A stretch of DNA of 64,000 bases from Octopus vulgaris (taxonomy: Eukaryota). The position numbers and the translations under genes were made by a program. The stretch is taken from the NCBI GenBank assembly GCA_951406725.2, contig OX597816.1:159898001-159962000 (forward strand), read 5' to 3'. Below the pieces are notes generated by a model that worked only from the letters and a program-made list of their open reading frames with translations, made no database searches and was not told the origin of the DNA. Below, in pieces: positions 1 to 11,600 of this stretch; positions within the stretch are counted from its first letter, which is position 1, and each line of letters starts with the position of its first letter.

Positions 1-2
1 AA

Positions 3-150
3 CAACAACCACGTGCGACTCTCCCTTCCAGCACTAGATGTCCGCACTGCGACCGATCTTTTCAAGCAAGAATTGGTCTTATCGGTCACCTACGGACTCA
101 CCAGTAAATTTGCGCGAAGACCATCATCCTCGACCTTGAGGGATTGCCAT
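3..150 (+). mobile_element. 3' end of an RTE/BovB-type LINE (C-terminal C2H2 finger and short 3' UTR)
   Basis: The frame from position 3 reads QQPRATLPSSTRCPHCDRSFQARIGLIGHLRTHQ* (stop ends at 107). The CxxC...RIGLxxHxRTH motif is typical of RTE-clade ORF ends. Cut off by the window edge. Confidence 0.7.
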
Positions 151-502
151 AATTTTAACAATTACTGGTATCTTTATATATTAATATATTTTATATGTAA
201 AGCATAATATGTTATACATGTATGTATATTCTTGTAATTGTCATTTTAGTAAATAAATAAGTTGACATAATATAATGTCTAAAAGTTGATGAACTACCTA
301 TTGTTCCACTCCATTTTCTTATGGCTCTATAAATAAATGGTAACATATCTCTTTACATTCAACTATGTAGTACACTCGGTAATGTAATTGCAATGCAATA
401 AAAAACAGTTGTGTATTAATAATTGGGTATTCTACCAGCAGTATATTGGATAGATATTATCCCTTAGTTGGTTGGATTCATAACCTCTAACTTTCTTGGA
501 AT

Positions 503-784
503 TAATACCCTTCCTTCTCGAGCCACGCTTGGCTCATAAGGGCGTATAGTTCCCCACCTGGACGGAACGCCGGTCCGTCGCAGGTGAGCCGCAAGATGCA
601 GGAGGAAAGTGTGAGAGAAAGTTGTGGCGAAAGAGTCAGCAGAAATTCGCCATCACCTTCTGCCGGAGCCGCGTGGAGCTTAGGTGTTTCGCTCATAAAC
701 ACATACATCACCCGGTCTGAAATTCGAACCCGCGATCCCTCGACTGCAAGTTCGATGCTCTAGCCACTAGGCCATGTGCTTCCA
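503..784 (-). mobile_element. tRNA-derived SINE
   Basis: Minus-strand head TGGCCTAGTGG (A box) ... GGTTCGAATTTC (B box). The body AAACACCTAAGCTCCACGCGGCTCCGGCAG is shared with the copy at 24312. Confidence 0.75.
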
Positions 785-795
785 TTTGGAATTAA

Positions 796-882
<87 letters not shown>

Positions 883-893
883 ATATATATATA

Positions 894-944
<51 letters not shown>

Positions 945-1101
945 AAAGATAAATGCGATACAATAAAATTAATTATAATCGCCGGTGTACCAGTACACGC
1001 CATATATTATACATATATCATTACATTCAAGGCGAAGAGTGCACTAGATACACAGTAGCTGGATAAATTTAGTGAGATGAAAATGAAAAACTTTTACAAA
1101 C

Positions 1102-1192
1102 TTAACTTTTCTTATACTGCAGTTTCGACAAATTCAGTAATAAAAATAGTATTTATTTACTCAGGCTGGCTCTTCAGTAAGATTCCTGTTAA
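1102..1192 (-). ncRNA. Type I hammerhead ribozyme, copy 1 (one stem II mismatch)
   Basis: Minus strand: TCTTA-CTGAAGA-GCCA...TGTC-GAAAC-TGCA-GTA-TAAGA. The plus-strand C>A change at 1128 breaks one stem II pair. Confidence 0.75.
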
Positions 1193-1505
1193 TGATGGGA
1201 AGACCATATCAATAGACCCATGTGCGTCTATCGAAATGCTCTTTCTAAACTATTCAAAACACTGCGCAGACTCAGAACAAACCCGACAAAATAGGCAATT
1301 GTGGTATATCGTCTAACGGTGAGAAATTTATCGAGAGAATATGTAAACAAAGATAAATGCGATACAATAAAATTAATTATAATCGCCGGTGTACCAGTAC
1401 ACGCCATATATTATACATATATCATTACATTCAAGGCGAAGAGTGCACTAGATACACAATAGCTGGATAAATTTAGTGAGATGAAAATTTAAAACTTTTA
1501 CAAAC

Positions 1506-1596
1506 TTAACTTTTCTTATACTGCAGTTTCGCCAAATTCAGTAATAAAAATAGTATTTATTTACTCAGGCTGGCTCTTCAGTAAGATTCCTGTTAA
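1506..1596 (-). ncRNA. Type I hammerhead ribozyme, copy 2
   Basis: Minus strand: TTAAC-AGGAA-TCTTA [stem I] CTGAAGA GCCA-(36 nt AU-rich hairpin)-TGGC GAAAC TGCA GTA^ TAAGA-AAA-GTTAA. All conserved core nucleotides are present; predicted cleavage after the A opposite T1519. Confidence 0.88.
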
Positions 1597-1909
1597 TGAT
1601 GGGAAGACCATATCAATAGACCCATGTGCGTCTATCGAAATGCTCTTTCTAAACTATTCAAAACACTGCGCAGACTCAGAACAAACCCGACAAAATAGGG
1701 GATTGTGGTATATCGTCTAACGGTGAGAAATTTATCGAGAGAATATGTAAACAAAGATAAATGCGATACAATAAAATTAATTATAATCGCCGGTGTACCA
1801 GTACACGCCATATATTATACATATATCATTACATTCAAGGCGAAGAGTGCACTAGATACACAATAGCTGGATAAATTTAGTGAGATGAAAATTAAAAACT
1901 TTTACAAAC

Positions 1910-2000
1910 TTAACTTTTCTTATACTGCAGTTTCGCCAAATTCAGTAATAAAAATAGTATTTATTTACTCAGGCTGGCTCTTCAGTAAGATTCCTGTTAA
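1910..2000 (-). ncRNA. Type I hammerhead ribozyme, copy 3
   Basis: Same sequence as copy 2, 404 bp away. Confidence 0.88.
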
Positions 2001-2313
2001 TGATGGGAAGACCATATCAATAGACCCATGTGCGTCTATCGAAATGCTCTTTCTAAACTATTCAAAACACTGCGCAGACTCAGAACAAACCCGACAAAAT
2101 AGGGGATTGTGGTATATCGTCTAACGGTGAGAAATTTATCGAGAGAATATGTAAACAAAGATAAATGCGATACAATAAAATTAATTATAATCACCGGTGT
2201 ACCAGTACACGCCATATATTATACATATATCATTACATTCAAGGCGAAGAGTGCACTAGATACACAATAGCTGGATAAATTTAGTGAGATGAAAATTTAA
2301 AACTTTTACAAAC

Positions 2314-2404
2314 TTAACTTTTCTTATACTGCAGTTTCGCCAAATTCAGTAATAAAAATAGTATTTATTTACTCAGGCTGGCTCTTCAGTAAGATTCCTG
2401 TTAA
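2314..2404 (-). ncRNA. Type I hammerhead ribozyme, copy 4
   Basis: Same sequence as copy 2, 808 bp away. Confidence 0.88.
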
Positions 2405-2467
2405 TGATGGGAAGACCATATCAATAGACCCATGTGCGTCTATCGAAATGCTCTTTCTAAACTATTC

Positions 2468-2503
<36 letters not shown>

Positions 2504-2512
2504 ATATATGTA

Positions 2513-2592
<80 letters not shown>

Positions 2593-2939
2593 GTCGAGCG
2601 AACACCGACCAAAAGTCATCACAGTTACTCAAGGTAAAATCTAAAATGAATTCCTCACTCTTTCAGGAACATCAATTTTTTATATTGACTGCATATCACC
2701 ACTTTGAACTATTTTTTATATTGAATGCATATCACCACTATGAACCACTGTATCATACTCTGTAAACATATAGCATGAACGAACTCACTTCACTATATAT
2801 GAACTTTTGATGTCTGACTCTATTGTATATTATAAATGAATTTTTTATATTTGATAGCATGAACTATCTTTTTTTATATATAACTTTTTTTGATAAGGTT
2901 CATCATTTCAAGAACCGAAACATGTTATAATGTATATAT

Positions 2940-3215
2940 AAACTTAGATATGTTTCGACCAGAGATTGGTCCAGGCCATGTCTAACTTAATAGCACCACC
3001 TGATAGGATTATTCGAATCCTGTTTAAGTCAAGTTTTGTTCAAGTAGTGAGTTCTTGTTGGGTGAGTTGTATCCAATTATGGGTGGCTTATCTGGTATTC
3101 TTTGAAGGAATCTATCCAGACTCTGTTTGAAGTTGATGGGATCCTTTTCCTCTTTGATATAAAAATTAAAAATTTGTCTAATATAGCAGCATTTTCGAAC
3201 TTCATTTTTTACAAA
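2940..3215 (-). mobile_element. Short 3' fragment of a CR1-like LINE
   Basis: The peptide IKEEKDPINFKQSLDRFLQRIPDKPPIIGYNS and the tail (AACTTAGATATGTTTCGACCAGAGATTGG...) closely match the 3' end of the longer copy at 20510-21610. Confidence 0.75.
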
Positions 3216-3254
3216 TATATACCCACTCGTATACGAGCTAATCTTATTATAAAT

Positions 3255-3318
<64 letters not shown>

Positions 3319-3827
3319 GGAGTAAATACATAAATGTGAAACAAGGTGGAAAAAGAGTACTCAAATACCAGGGGTAGAGTAATATGCTTTATTTAAAAGC
3401 AGCAGAAATTCAACAAAACCTGTTACTCGGTGTTTCACGTTCCCGTTCGTCGTCCATATATATATGGACAGAGGGGAGGGAGAGAGAGAGAGAGATGCCT
3501 ACGCGAGACCATGTGGTTAGGAAGCAAACGGCTTACCAGACAGCCACGCCCTCCCTTAATCTTTTATAAAATGCGTTTACTCACCACCTGCGTGTGACTT
3601 GGAACATCAATTCATTTGACATCGTGCTTATCATTGATTTTATTTGCATTAGTTCAGCTTGTAGGTGGTTCATATCAGATAAGAAATCAAAATCTTTTTC
3701 ATGAGTAATCACTGAATTGGCTTATTAATAAGTCAATTAATCGATACACTCATTGTGTCTCGGTGGATGTTTTTTTCGTTATGTTTCATCCATGCTTTAC
3801 TTTCTCTTGTAGCCTTTCTTTTCACAT

Positions 3828-4347
<520 letters not shown>

Positions 4348-4356
4348 AGATACATC

Positions 4357-4883
4357 ATACATATATAACGGATAGCTTCCTAAGTTCTAAGCCAAGATTC
4401 GAAACTGAGTCTACATTTTCTACCGGTTCTTTTCCTATTGTTCTTGGCATTTGCACTTAGAAATTTATGTGGGTCAACTGCCGCACAGTTGTTTAAGTTA
4501 CCTATTGTTTAAGTTACCATTCTTGGGTTATATGGCGTTCAGGAAGATAAGAGACGGAAAATTCTTTGTCTTCCCCGACCGAGGTTGGAAAAAATATAAA
4601 TACAGAACCCGAAAATGGTTATACCTCTCTGATACCTTGGTGCCTAGACGAAGAGCATTCATTTCTGCCCCTTCACTTATGAATTGTCATCGCGTGACAA
4701 AATAACTTTCACCCAAGCCAGTCTTCTAGCAGTCAACAAAAGATGACTTTAACTATATACAGAATGGATAATGTAAGTGTGAATAGTTAATGCCAGGAAC
4801 AATGGGGAAGGAACCGGTAGAAAATGTAGATTCAGCTTCGAATCCTGGCTTGGAACTTAGGTAGCTATTCGTTACATATGTAT
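4357..4883. mobile_element. MITE-like element with 95-bp terminal inverted repeats
   Basis: 4357-4451 and 4789-4883 are reverse complements with 11 mismatches by manual alignment. The interior is non-coding. Confidence 0.7.
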
Positions 4884-5065
4884 AGTTATTGTTGCACAAC
4901 ACCGAGAAGCTGTACCTTACTTTCTAACGATAAAAATAACGTCCATTTCAGCCAAAATTTTTCTTCGTCTCATTTTAATTTCTTCATACTATCGTTATAC
5001 ATAAATACATAAATATCTTCCCCCACCACACACATACACGACACACACGACACACACACACACGT

Positions 5066-5154
<89 letters not shown>

Positions 5155-5184
5155 GTAGAAATATACACATACACGACACATACA

Positions 5185-5440
5185 CGGTTTTGCTGACTTG
5201 CCAGCTACATGGTGACCTCAAGAATGCCGATTGTGTGCAAAAAGTACCTGGTACACACTTGTAAAGTGGTTGGTGTTAGGAAGCGCATCCGACCGTAGAA
5301 ACCATGCCAAAGCAGATGTTGGAGCACGATGCAGTCCTTCGACTCACCTACCTGATTCTTGTCAAACCTTCCAGCCCATGCCAGTATGGAACATGGAGGT
5401 TAAAATGTTGATGAAGAAGATGATGATAATGATGATGATA
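5185..5440 (+). mobile_element. SINE 3' half with RTE-type (GAT)n tail
   Basis: Diverged copy of the core GGTTGGCGTTAGGAAGGGCATCCAGCTGTAGAAAC and tail CCAACCCATGCCAGCATGGAAA...GTTAAA(TGA)n. Many copies occur in the window, e.g. near 32050, 33720, 38170, 51690, 58300 and 63260. Confidence 0.7.
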
Positions 5441-5478
5441 TCTATATCAACACACACATGCACGCTCGTACGCACGCG

Positions 5479-5549
<71 letters not shown>

Positions 5550-5946
5550 CAATTATCGAATGAGGGTCAAGTATGTTACGAAATCTTCCGCATCCTTGTC
5601 AGGCGTATACATAGGGGGAAAAAACGCTAGGAAACACAGTTCTATCAAAATGCGTAGATATTTTCTGTATGTTCTCAAGGGAGTGGTTGAAAGAAACCCT
5701 GGCTGATATATGGAATATTGTTTCTATCGCTCGAATAAGAGCACGTAGTACTCTACACTTAGTCTTCGAGATCGAAGACGAAACCAGGCAATGGACAGAG
5801 TTGGGGCGACGCACACCAGCACACAGGCTCGTGACACAGTATAAGGGTCGGCGAAAGAGAAGGTTCACGGGCAGAAAGGGCACTGAAGAAGAAATATTTC
5901 TTTCATCCACTCCCTATCTCTCTCGCTCCCCCTCGTTCCCCATAGT

Positions 5947-6165
5947 GCGGCGAGCTGGCAGAATCGTTAGCACGCCGGGCGAAATGCTTAGCAGTATTTC
6001 GGCTGCCGTTACGTTCTGAGTTCAAATTCCGACGAGGTCGACTTTGCTTTCATCCTTTCGGGGTTGTTTAAATAAATACCGGTTACGCACTGGGGTCGAT
6101 GTAATCGACTTAATCCCTTTGTCTGTTTGTCTCCTCTATGTTTAGACCCCTGTGGACAATAATGA
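5947..6165 (+). mobile_element. tRNA-derived SINE (GGCGAGCTGGCAGAA... family)
   Basis: Same sequence recurs at 24658, 27709 and 60075 (+) and near 49500-49655 (-). Confidence 0.75.
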
Positions 6166-7185
6166 AATTACCCCTCGCTCCCCTTCTCTCCTCCCCTCCC
6201 CCCTCTCTCTCTCTGCACAAATTACTGGAAATCAAGCCTTCACATGCAGTAGGTGACAAACCCTTAAAAATTTCATTGGCAGTCTATGACTCATCGACTA
6301 CAGTCCACCTAGTATTACACTCCCGCACTTTGACAGTTCGTGAAGCCTCAAGTGAAATTTTAGAGCTAGTGACAGACGAGCGTTTCTAAAGATCTGTTCG
6401 CAGGACACCTACCAAAACACGTCCCTTCCTGACACCTTTTTTCTACAACTACCATATGGTAGACCTTCAACCAGCCTAGATTGTACAATAAGCCAATATA
6501 GTTGAAAGTATATATTTACTTCGAAAGTTTGTAGTGTGTAACTTAGAATGAGGTCATAATTCTTAGAGAGCAAAAGCAAAACATTCCAATTTTTTATTTT
6601 TATTTTGCATAATCGTATGAATTCTAGAATTTTTTGAAAATTGCAAAAAAATTTTTGAAAATTGCAAAAAAAAGGAAAAGGTGTTATGTTGTGCGTAAAG
6701 CAGAAATTGATATATTTATTGTTTCATAATAAAACACGTCACGCACAAATTGACAGCTTCCAAATCCTGTTTTTTGGACTGGAGGAAACTTATCAAACTT
6801 TGAACCTCAATTGCGTTTTTTTAAACTTTTTTTTTTTTTAGAAAAAGGGAAATATATCCTGAGATTCAGCTTGGGAAACTACATTAATACACCAAATTTT
6901 AAAAGTTTTGATGAACTTTGAAATATCCAAAACTGCAGCCAAACAGAAAATAATTCCTTATCTTTAAGCCTGGTGCATATTCAGTCGGTCACTTTTTGCC
7001 TTTCATTCTTTCGGGATCGATAAAAGAGGTACTAGCTGAGCACCGGCCTTGTATCAAGATTTGAAACCAATATCTCAAAGAGGATGGAAATAATCATTAA
7101 CAACATTCTCCAAGTCCTTGAATATTTCCTTTCATCATGACCCCCAATTCCGCTAGAGTTTTCGAGTGGCAGGAGAGTTCTCTCT

Positions 7186-7385
7186 TTTACTCTTTTACTT
7201 GTTTCAGTCATTTGACTGCGGCCATGCTGGAGCACCGCCTTTAATCGAGCAACTCGACCCCGGGACTTATTATTTGTAAGCCCAGTACTTATTCTATCGG
7301 TCTCTTTTGCCGAACCGCTCAGTGACGGGGACGTAAACAAACCAGCATCGATTGCAATGCTAGGGGGACAAACACAGACACACAA

Positions 7386-7418
<33 letters not shown>

Positions 7419-7576
7419 CATATATACGACAGGCCTCTTTCAGTTTCCGTCTACCAAATCCACTCACAAGACATCGGTCGGCCCGGGGCTATAGCAGAAG
7501 ACACTTGCCCAAGATGCCACGCAGTGGGACTGAACCCGGAACCATGTGGTTGGTTAGCAAGCTACTTACCACACAC
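7186..7576 (-). mobile_element. tRNA-derived SINE with CORE-like CTTGGGCAAGTG block
   Basis: Reverse complement of the full-length copy at 59320-59708. Confidence 0.8.
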
Positions 7577-7978
7577 AAAACTTTTTTATTACCAATCATT
7601 CACTCACTGCCTTTTACTCATTATTACACAACTCACGTGACTTTACAAATCTCAATAATTTTCCCTTTCACGCAACAATAAGTTCACAGAACTTAATGAC
7701 TTAACTCATTCATCTATTACCACCTATTTCCTAACCTCAAAAGGACAGGATTTTATAAATATTTTACTTCTTTATTTACTTACTTTTATTTCTATCAATC
7801 ATATTTTTATCACCAACCACGAAGTTACCATTTTCCTTGCCATAACCTGATTAACCAGTTACAAACAAACGAAACCTATAAATATTTTCTTTTCATGTAT
7901 TTTTTATTATTCTTGTTTTGTTTTCAACCCAGGTAAGATAGACGCACTTTAAAATTTTACTTCTCTATTCTTCACTTC

Positions 7979-8037
<59 letters not shown>

Positions 8038-8039
<2 letters not shown>

Positions 8040-8675
8040 TATGTTTGACTTTTGCTTTATGTTTGTACAAGTTGGCTCCAAGTCTCACCCAGAGACCTTA
8101 AGAGACAACAGGTTGGAAGTTCACGTTGTTGTTATGCCTAGTATGCCATATATTTGTTTTTTTTTTTTTTTGGTGTTGTACTAGTGAATGTCTAATAAAT
8201 AAATTTTAAAAAAAGAAAAAAGTTTGTTTTAAACCTTGAGATTACATAGAGAGTATTTTGCGTAGGATATGAGCAGTTCCCATGAGCACTATCTTTTGAA
8301 TTTCTTCCATTTTGGGGTTTCCTGGTATCTGTGTTAGGTAGCAATCAGCCCCTTTCGCTATCATTCCCAGGGCACCTATGACAACAGGTATTGTTTTAGT
8401 CTTCAGGTTCCACATTTTGCTGGTCAGCCTGTAATGATACGCATAAGATCTGGTCATCAAATCTAAGTAGAGATTTAAAACTTAAAATCTTCAAAGCCAC
8501 AGTCGAACCATTTCTACTATATGGCTCAGAAACCTGGACGTTATCAAAGAAGCTCGAGAGGCGGTTGGATGGAACTTACACTCGCCTCCTTATGAGAGCT
8601 CAAAATATCTCGTGGATATATCGATTGGGACAGTCATATCAATGAGGAGGCATGTTCTTTGTCTGAAGTCTTTCA
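8038..8675 (-). mobile_element. Truncated 3' end of a second R4/Dong subfamily in (TAA)n, interrupted by an RTE fragment at about 8421-8615 (+)
   Basis: Encodes KMWNLKTKTIPVVIGALGMI...IQKIVLMGTAHILRKILSM. The (TTA)n tract at 7980-8037 is its tail. The insert matches 17031-17222. Confidence 0.75.
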
Positions 8676-8692
8676 TTATTATTATTATTATT

Positions 8693-11600
8693 TTTGTTTT
8701 TCTTCTTTCAAATTTGCTTCCATTTCTTGCCGAGTGTCTTCCCGACCCCTAGGGCAAAGAAACTCATAGTATACATTGGTAGGCCATTAAACCAAACTCA
8801 ATAGTTCGTTCATTTTTTTTTTTTTTAAGTTAAATTAAAATACATGAGCAGCAACAGTTCTCACATCGACAATGCTCTTCTCAATACGTGTGATGTACCA
8901 GTTAAGACAATCTTTTGCACTTCTTGCAGGGATGGTAAGCCAGGGATCATTCTCATATAATTTTCGGTTCCCTTCTTGATCATTCCTAGTGCTCCTACGA
9001 TCACTGGTATTGTAACCGCCTTGAGATGCCACATTTTCTCAATTTCAATGAGTAGGTCTTTATATTTTCTGAGCTTGTCAAACTCTTTCGCTGAGATATT
9101 ATGATCACAGGGGATGCTCATGTCGATCAATAAGCAAACTTTATTGTTTTGGTCTTTCACAACAATATCTGGTTTATTGGCCTTGATGGTTCGGTCTGTA
9201 TGTACTGGAAAGTCCCACAGAATGGTTACATTTTCTCCTTCAGTTACAGCCTCAGGGTGGTGATTATACCACTTGTCGGCAGTTTTGATATTGTAATGCC
9301 GACTTATTAGCCAGTGTAGATATTGGCCAACTCTGTCATGTCTTAATTTATACTCCACTGGTGCTAAGACTTTACATCCAGAGATTAGGTGGTCCACTGT
9401 TTCAATCATGTCGTTGCAGAATCGGCATTTTGGGTCTGCTCCATTTTTCATCACATTGGCCTGGTAGTTCCGGGTTAATAGGCTTTGATCTTGAGCAGCC
9501 AGGATGAAACCTTCGCTCTCTGCTTTTAGCCCTGAGCTCCGTAGCCACTGATGGGTTTGCTTCTGGTCAACATCAGCTTGTTTGCTGCGGGTCACATATT
9601 TGCCGTGCAGAGGTTTCTCCTCCCACCTATCAGCCAATTGCTCGTGCGCTTTTTTCATGGCCATCATTTTCACCTTCTTTGCAACAATAGTTGCCGTACT
9701 TCCCTCGGGTTGTTCAGTTTGGGTATCCTGCACGAGATCAATAGCAAATTTTTTGCTTTCCTTTATGATAGAATGAAGCTTCTTTCGTCTCTCGTGATTT
9801 TCCACGAGCTTTAGCATCCAGTCATTCGATATTTCGAGATATTTGGCTAGTCCAATTGTGGTTGTTTTGTAAGCTAGTTCAAATTGGATCAGGCCTCGAC
9901 CTCCTTGGGCTCTGGGAAGGTAAAGGCGATCTACGTCTGCCTTTGGGTGGTGCATCCTATTACAACTCAGCAGCTTGCGTATTTTCCTATCTATATTCTT
10001 TACTTCACTCATATTCCAGTTCAACACATTGTAGCTATAAGTAACAACTGGAACTGCTAAGGAATTTATAGCTAACACCTTGTTACGTGCATTTAGTTCA
10101 GATTTCAGGACTGCACGAACTCTCCTATAACATTCCTTCCTGATTTCTCTTTCATGCTTGCATGCTGAATACCAGAGCCTTCATTTATCCCTAAATATTT
10201 GTATGTTTGTTCTTGCTCAAGCTCTCTTATGACTGTGTCAACATCTAACACGACTGAATTTGTGGTCTTCACTTTCCCTTTCTGGAAAGTGGCCTTGGCA
10301 CACTTCTCAAGTCCAAACTCCATCCTGATGTCATCGCTGAATGCTTTCACGGTGCGCAATAGGCCTTCAAGTTCATTATTGTCTTTACCATAAAGTTTTA
10401 AGTCATCCATATAAAATAGATGGCTTATTTTTTTATTGGCAATTTTATACCCATACCCTGTTCTGTTTAATTCACTTGTAAGGGGTATTAGGGCTATGCA
10501 GAATATTAAAGGTGAAAGTGAGTCACCTTGAAAAATTCCACAGTTGATGTTTATATTTTCTGAGGCAAGTACTCCATTAGAGTGGTATAATTGGAGATTC
10601 GTATTCCACAACGACATATTGTGCATCAGGAAGTTTGAAATCACAGGGGAAATTTTGAAGATGTCCAGCGATCTCAAGATCCATGGATGCGGTATACTGT
10701 CGAAGGCCTTTTTATAGTCAATCCATGCGGTGCTGAGATTTCTGCGCTTGTTGTGACAGTTCTCAAGGATCATACGATTGATTAGCAGTTGATCTTTGCA
10801 TCCGTAAGAGCCTCGGCGGCACCCTTTTTGTTCAATGGGGAAAATATCGTTCTTCTCCATGAATGCATATGTTTTCTCCGCCAGGATAGATGTTAGGATT
10901 TTATACGTGGTGGATAGACAGGTTATAGGCCGATAGTTTTTTGGAAGGTTGGTTTCGTTATTCTTTGGGAGTAGGTAAGTAATGCCACTTGCTAACCATT
11001 CAGGTGTTTTCTTTGGGTCTCTCATAATTCCATTGAGCAGCTGAACTAGCTTACCGTGTGCGCATGGGAGCGATGCGAGCCAGAAATTCGGCACCCTATC
11101 TTTACCGGGGGATTTCCAATTATGAGCCTTCGTGAGTGCCTTTCTTAGGTCTGCTATTGTGATGTCTTCCCATGCTTGTTGTTGTAAATTTTGGTAGGAT
11201 CCTTCAGTTTGTATAATCCAGTCTGCATTTATGTTGTACGTCTTCTTGTCACTCCAAATCCTTTTCCAAAAGTTTTGAACTTCTTCCATGGGAGGGGGGT
11301 CTTTAACGGTTACTTTCTCCTTCCCTATTTCTCTGTAGAATTTTTTGGCATTGGATGTGAACAGCTTATTTTGCTTGTAAAACTTGTTTCTCTTCTCAAA
11401 TTTTCGTATTCTTTGGGCTTTTGCTTGGACTTTTTGTTTCAGCGTTTCTTTTATTGATATCAGTTCTTCTCTTGGTGAGGATCCAAATTTTCTCTTCATC
11501 TTTCTTCCTGTTCTGGATCTTACATCATTTCCACATATTAGTTCATTTAATATTGATATTTCCCCTCTCATAAATTCAATCTCTTTTTCAATTTTACTTC

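Larger units (their letters stand above)
941..2468 (-). repeat. Tandem array of a 404-bp unit (about 3.8 copies), each with a hammerhead ribozyme; candidate non-LTR retrozyme
   Basis: Units start at 941, 1345, 1749 and 2153 (AAACAAAGATAAATGCGATAC) and differ by only a few substitutions. TA microsatellites bound both sides. Confidence 0.92.

Noticed and set aside
1077-2124. 79-aa ORFs at 1077 and 1885 in the tandem array
   Set aside because: The frame is broken by a stop in units 2 and 4 (ATG AAA ATT TAA), has no recognisable domain and is antisense to the ribozyme.
941-2468. Array as a CRISPR-like locus
   Set aside because: Whole units repeat with no unique spacers, the context is eukaryotic and there are no cas genes.
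5560-5890. Unique-looking ORFs 5599..5910 and 5669..6019 as host exons
   Set aside because: No clear splice sites or domain, and one runs into a SINE; more likely a decayed L1/Tx1 ORF1 fragment.
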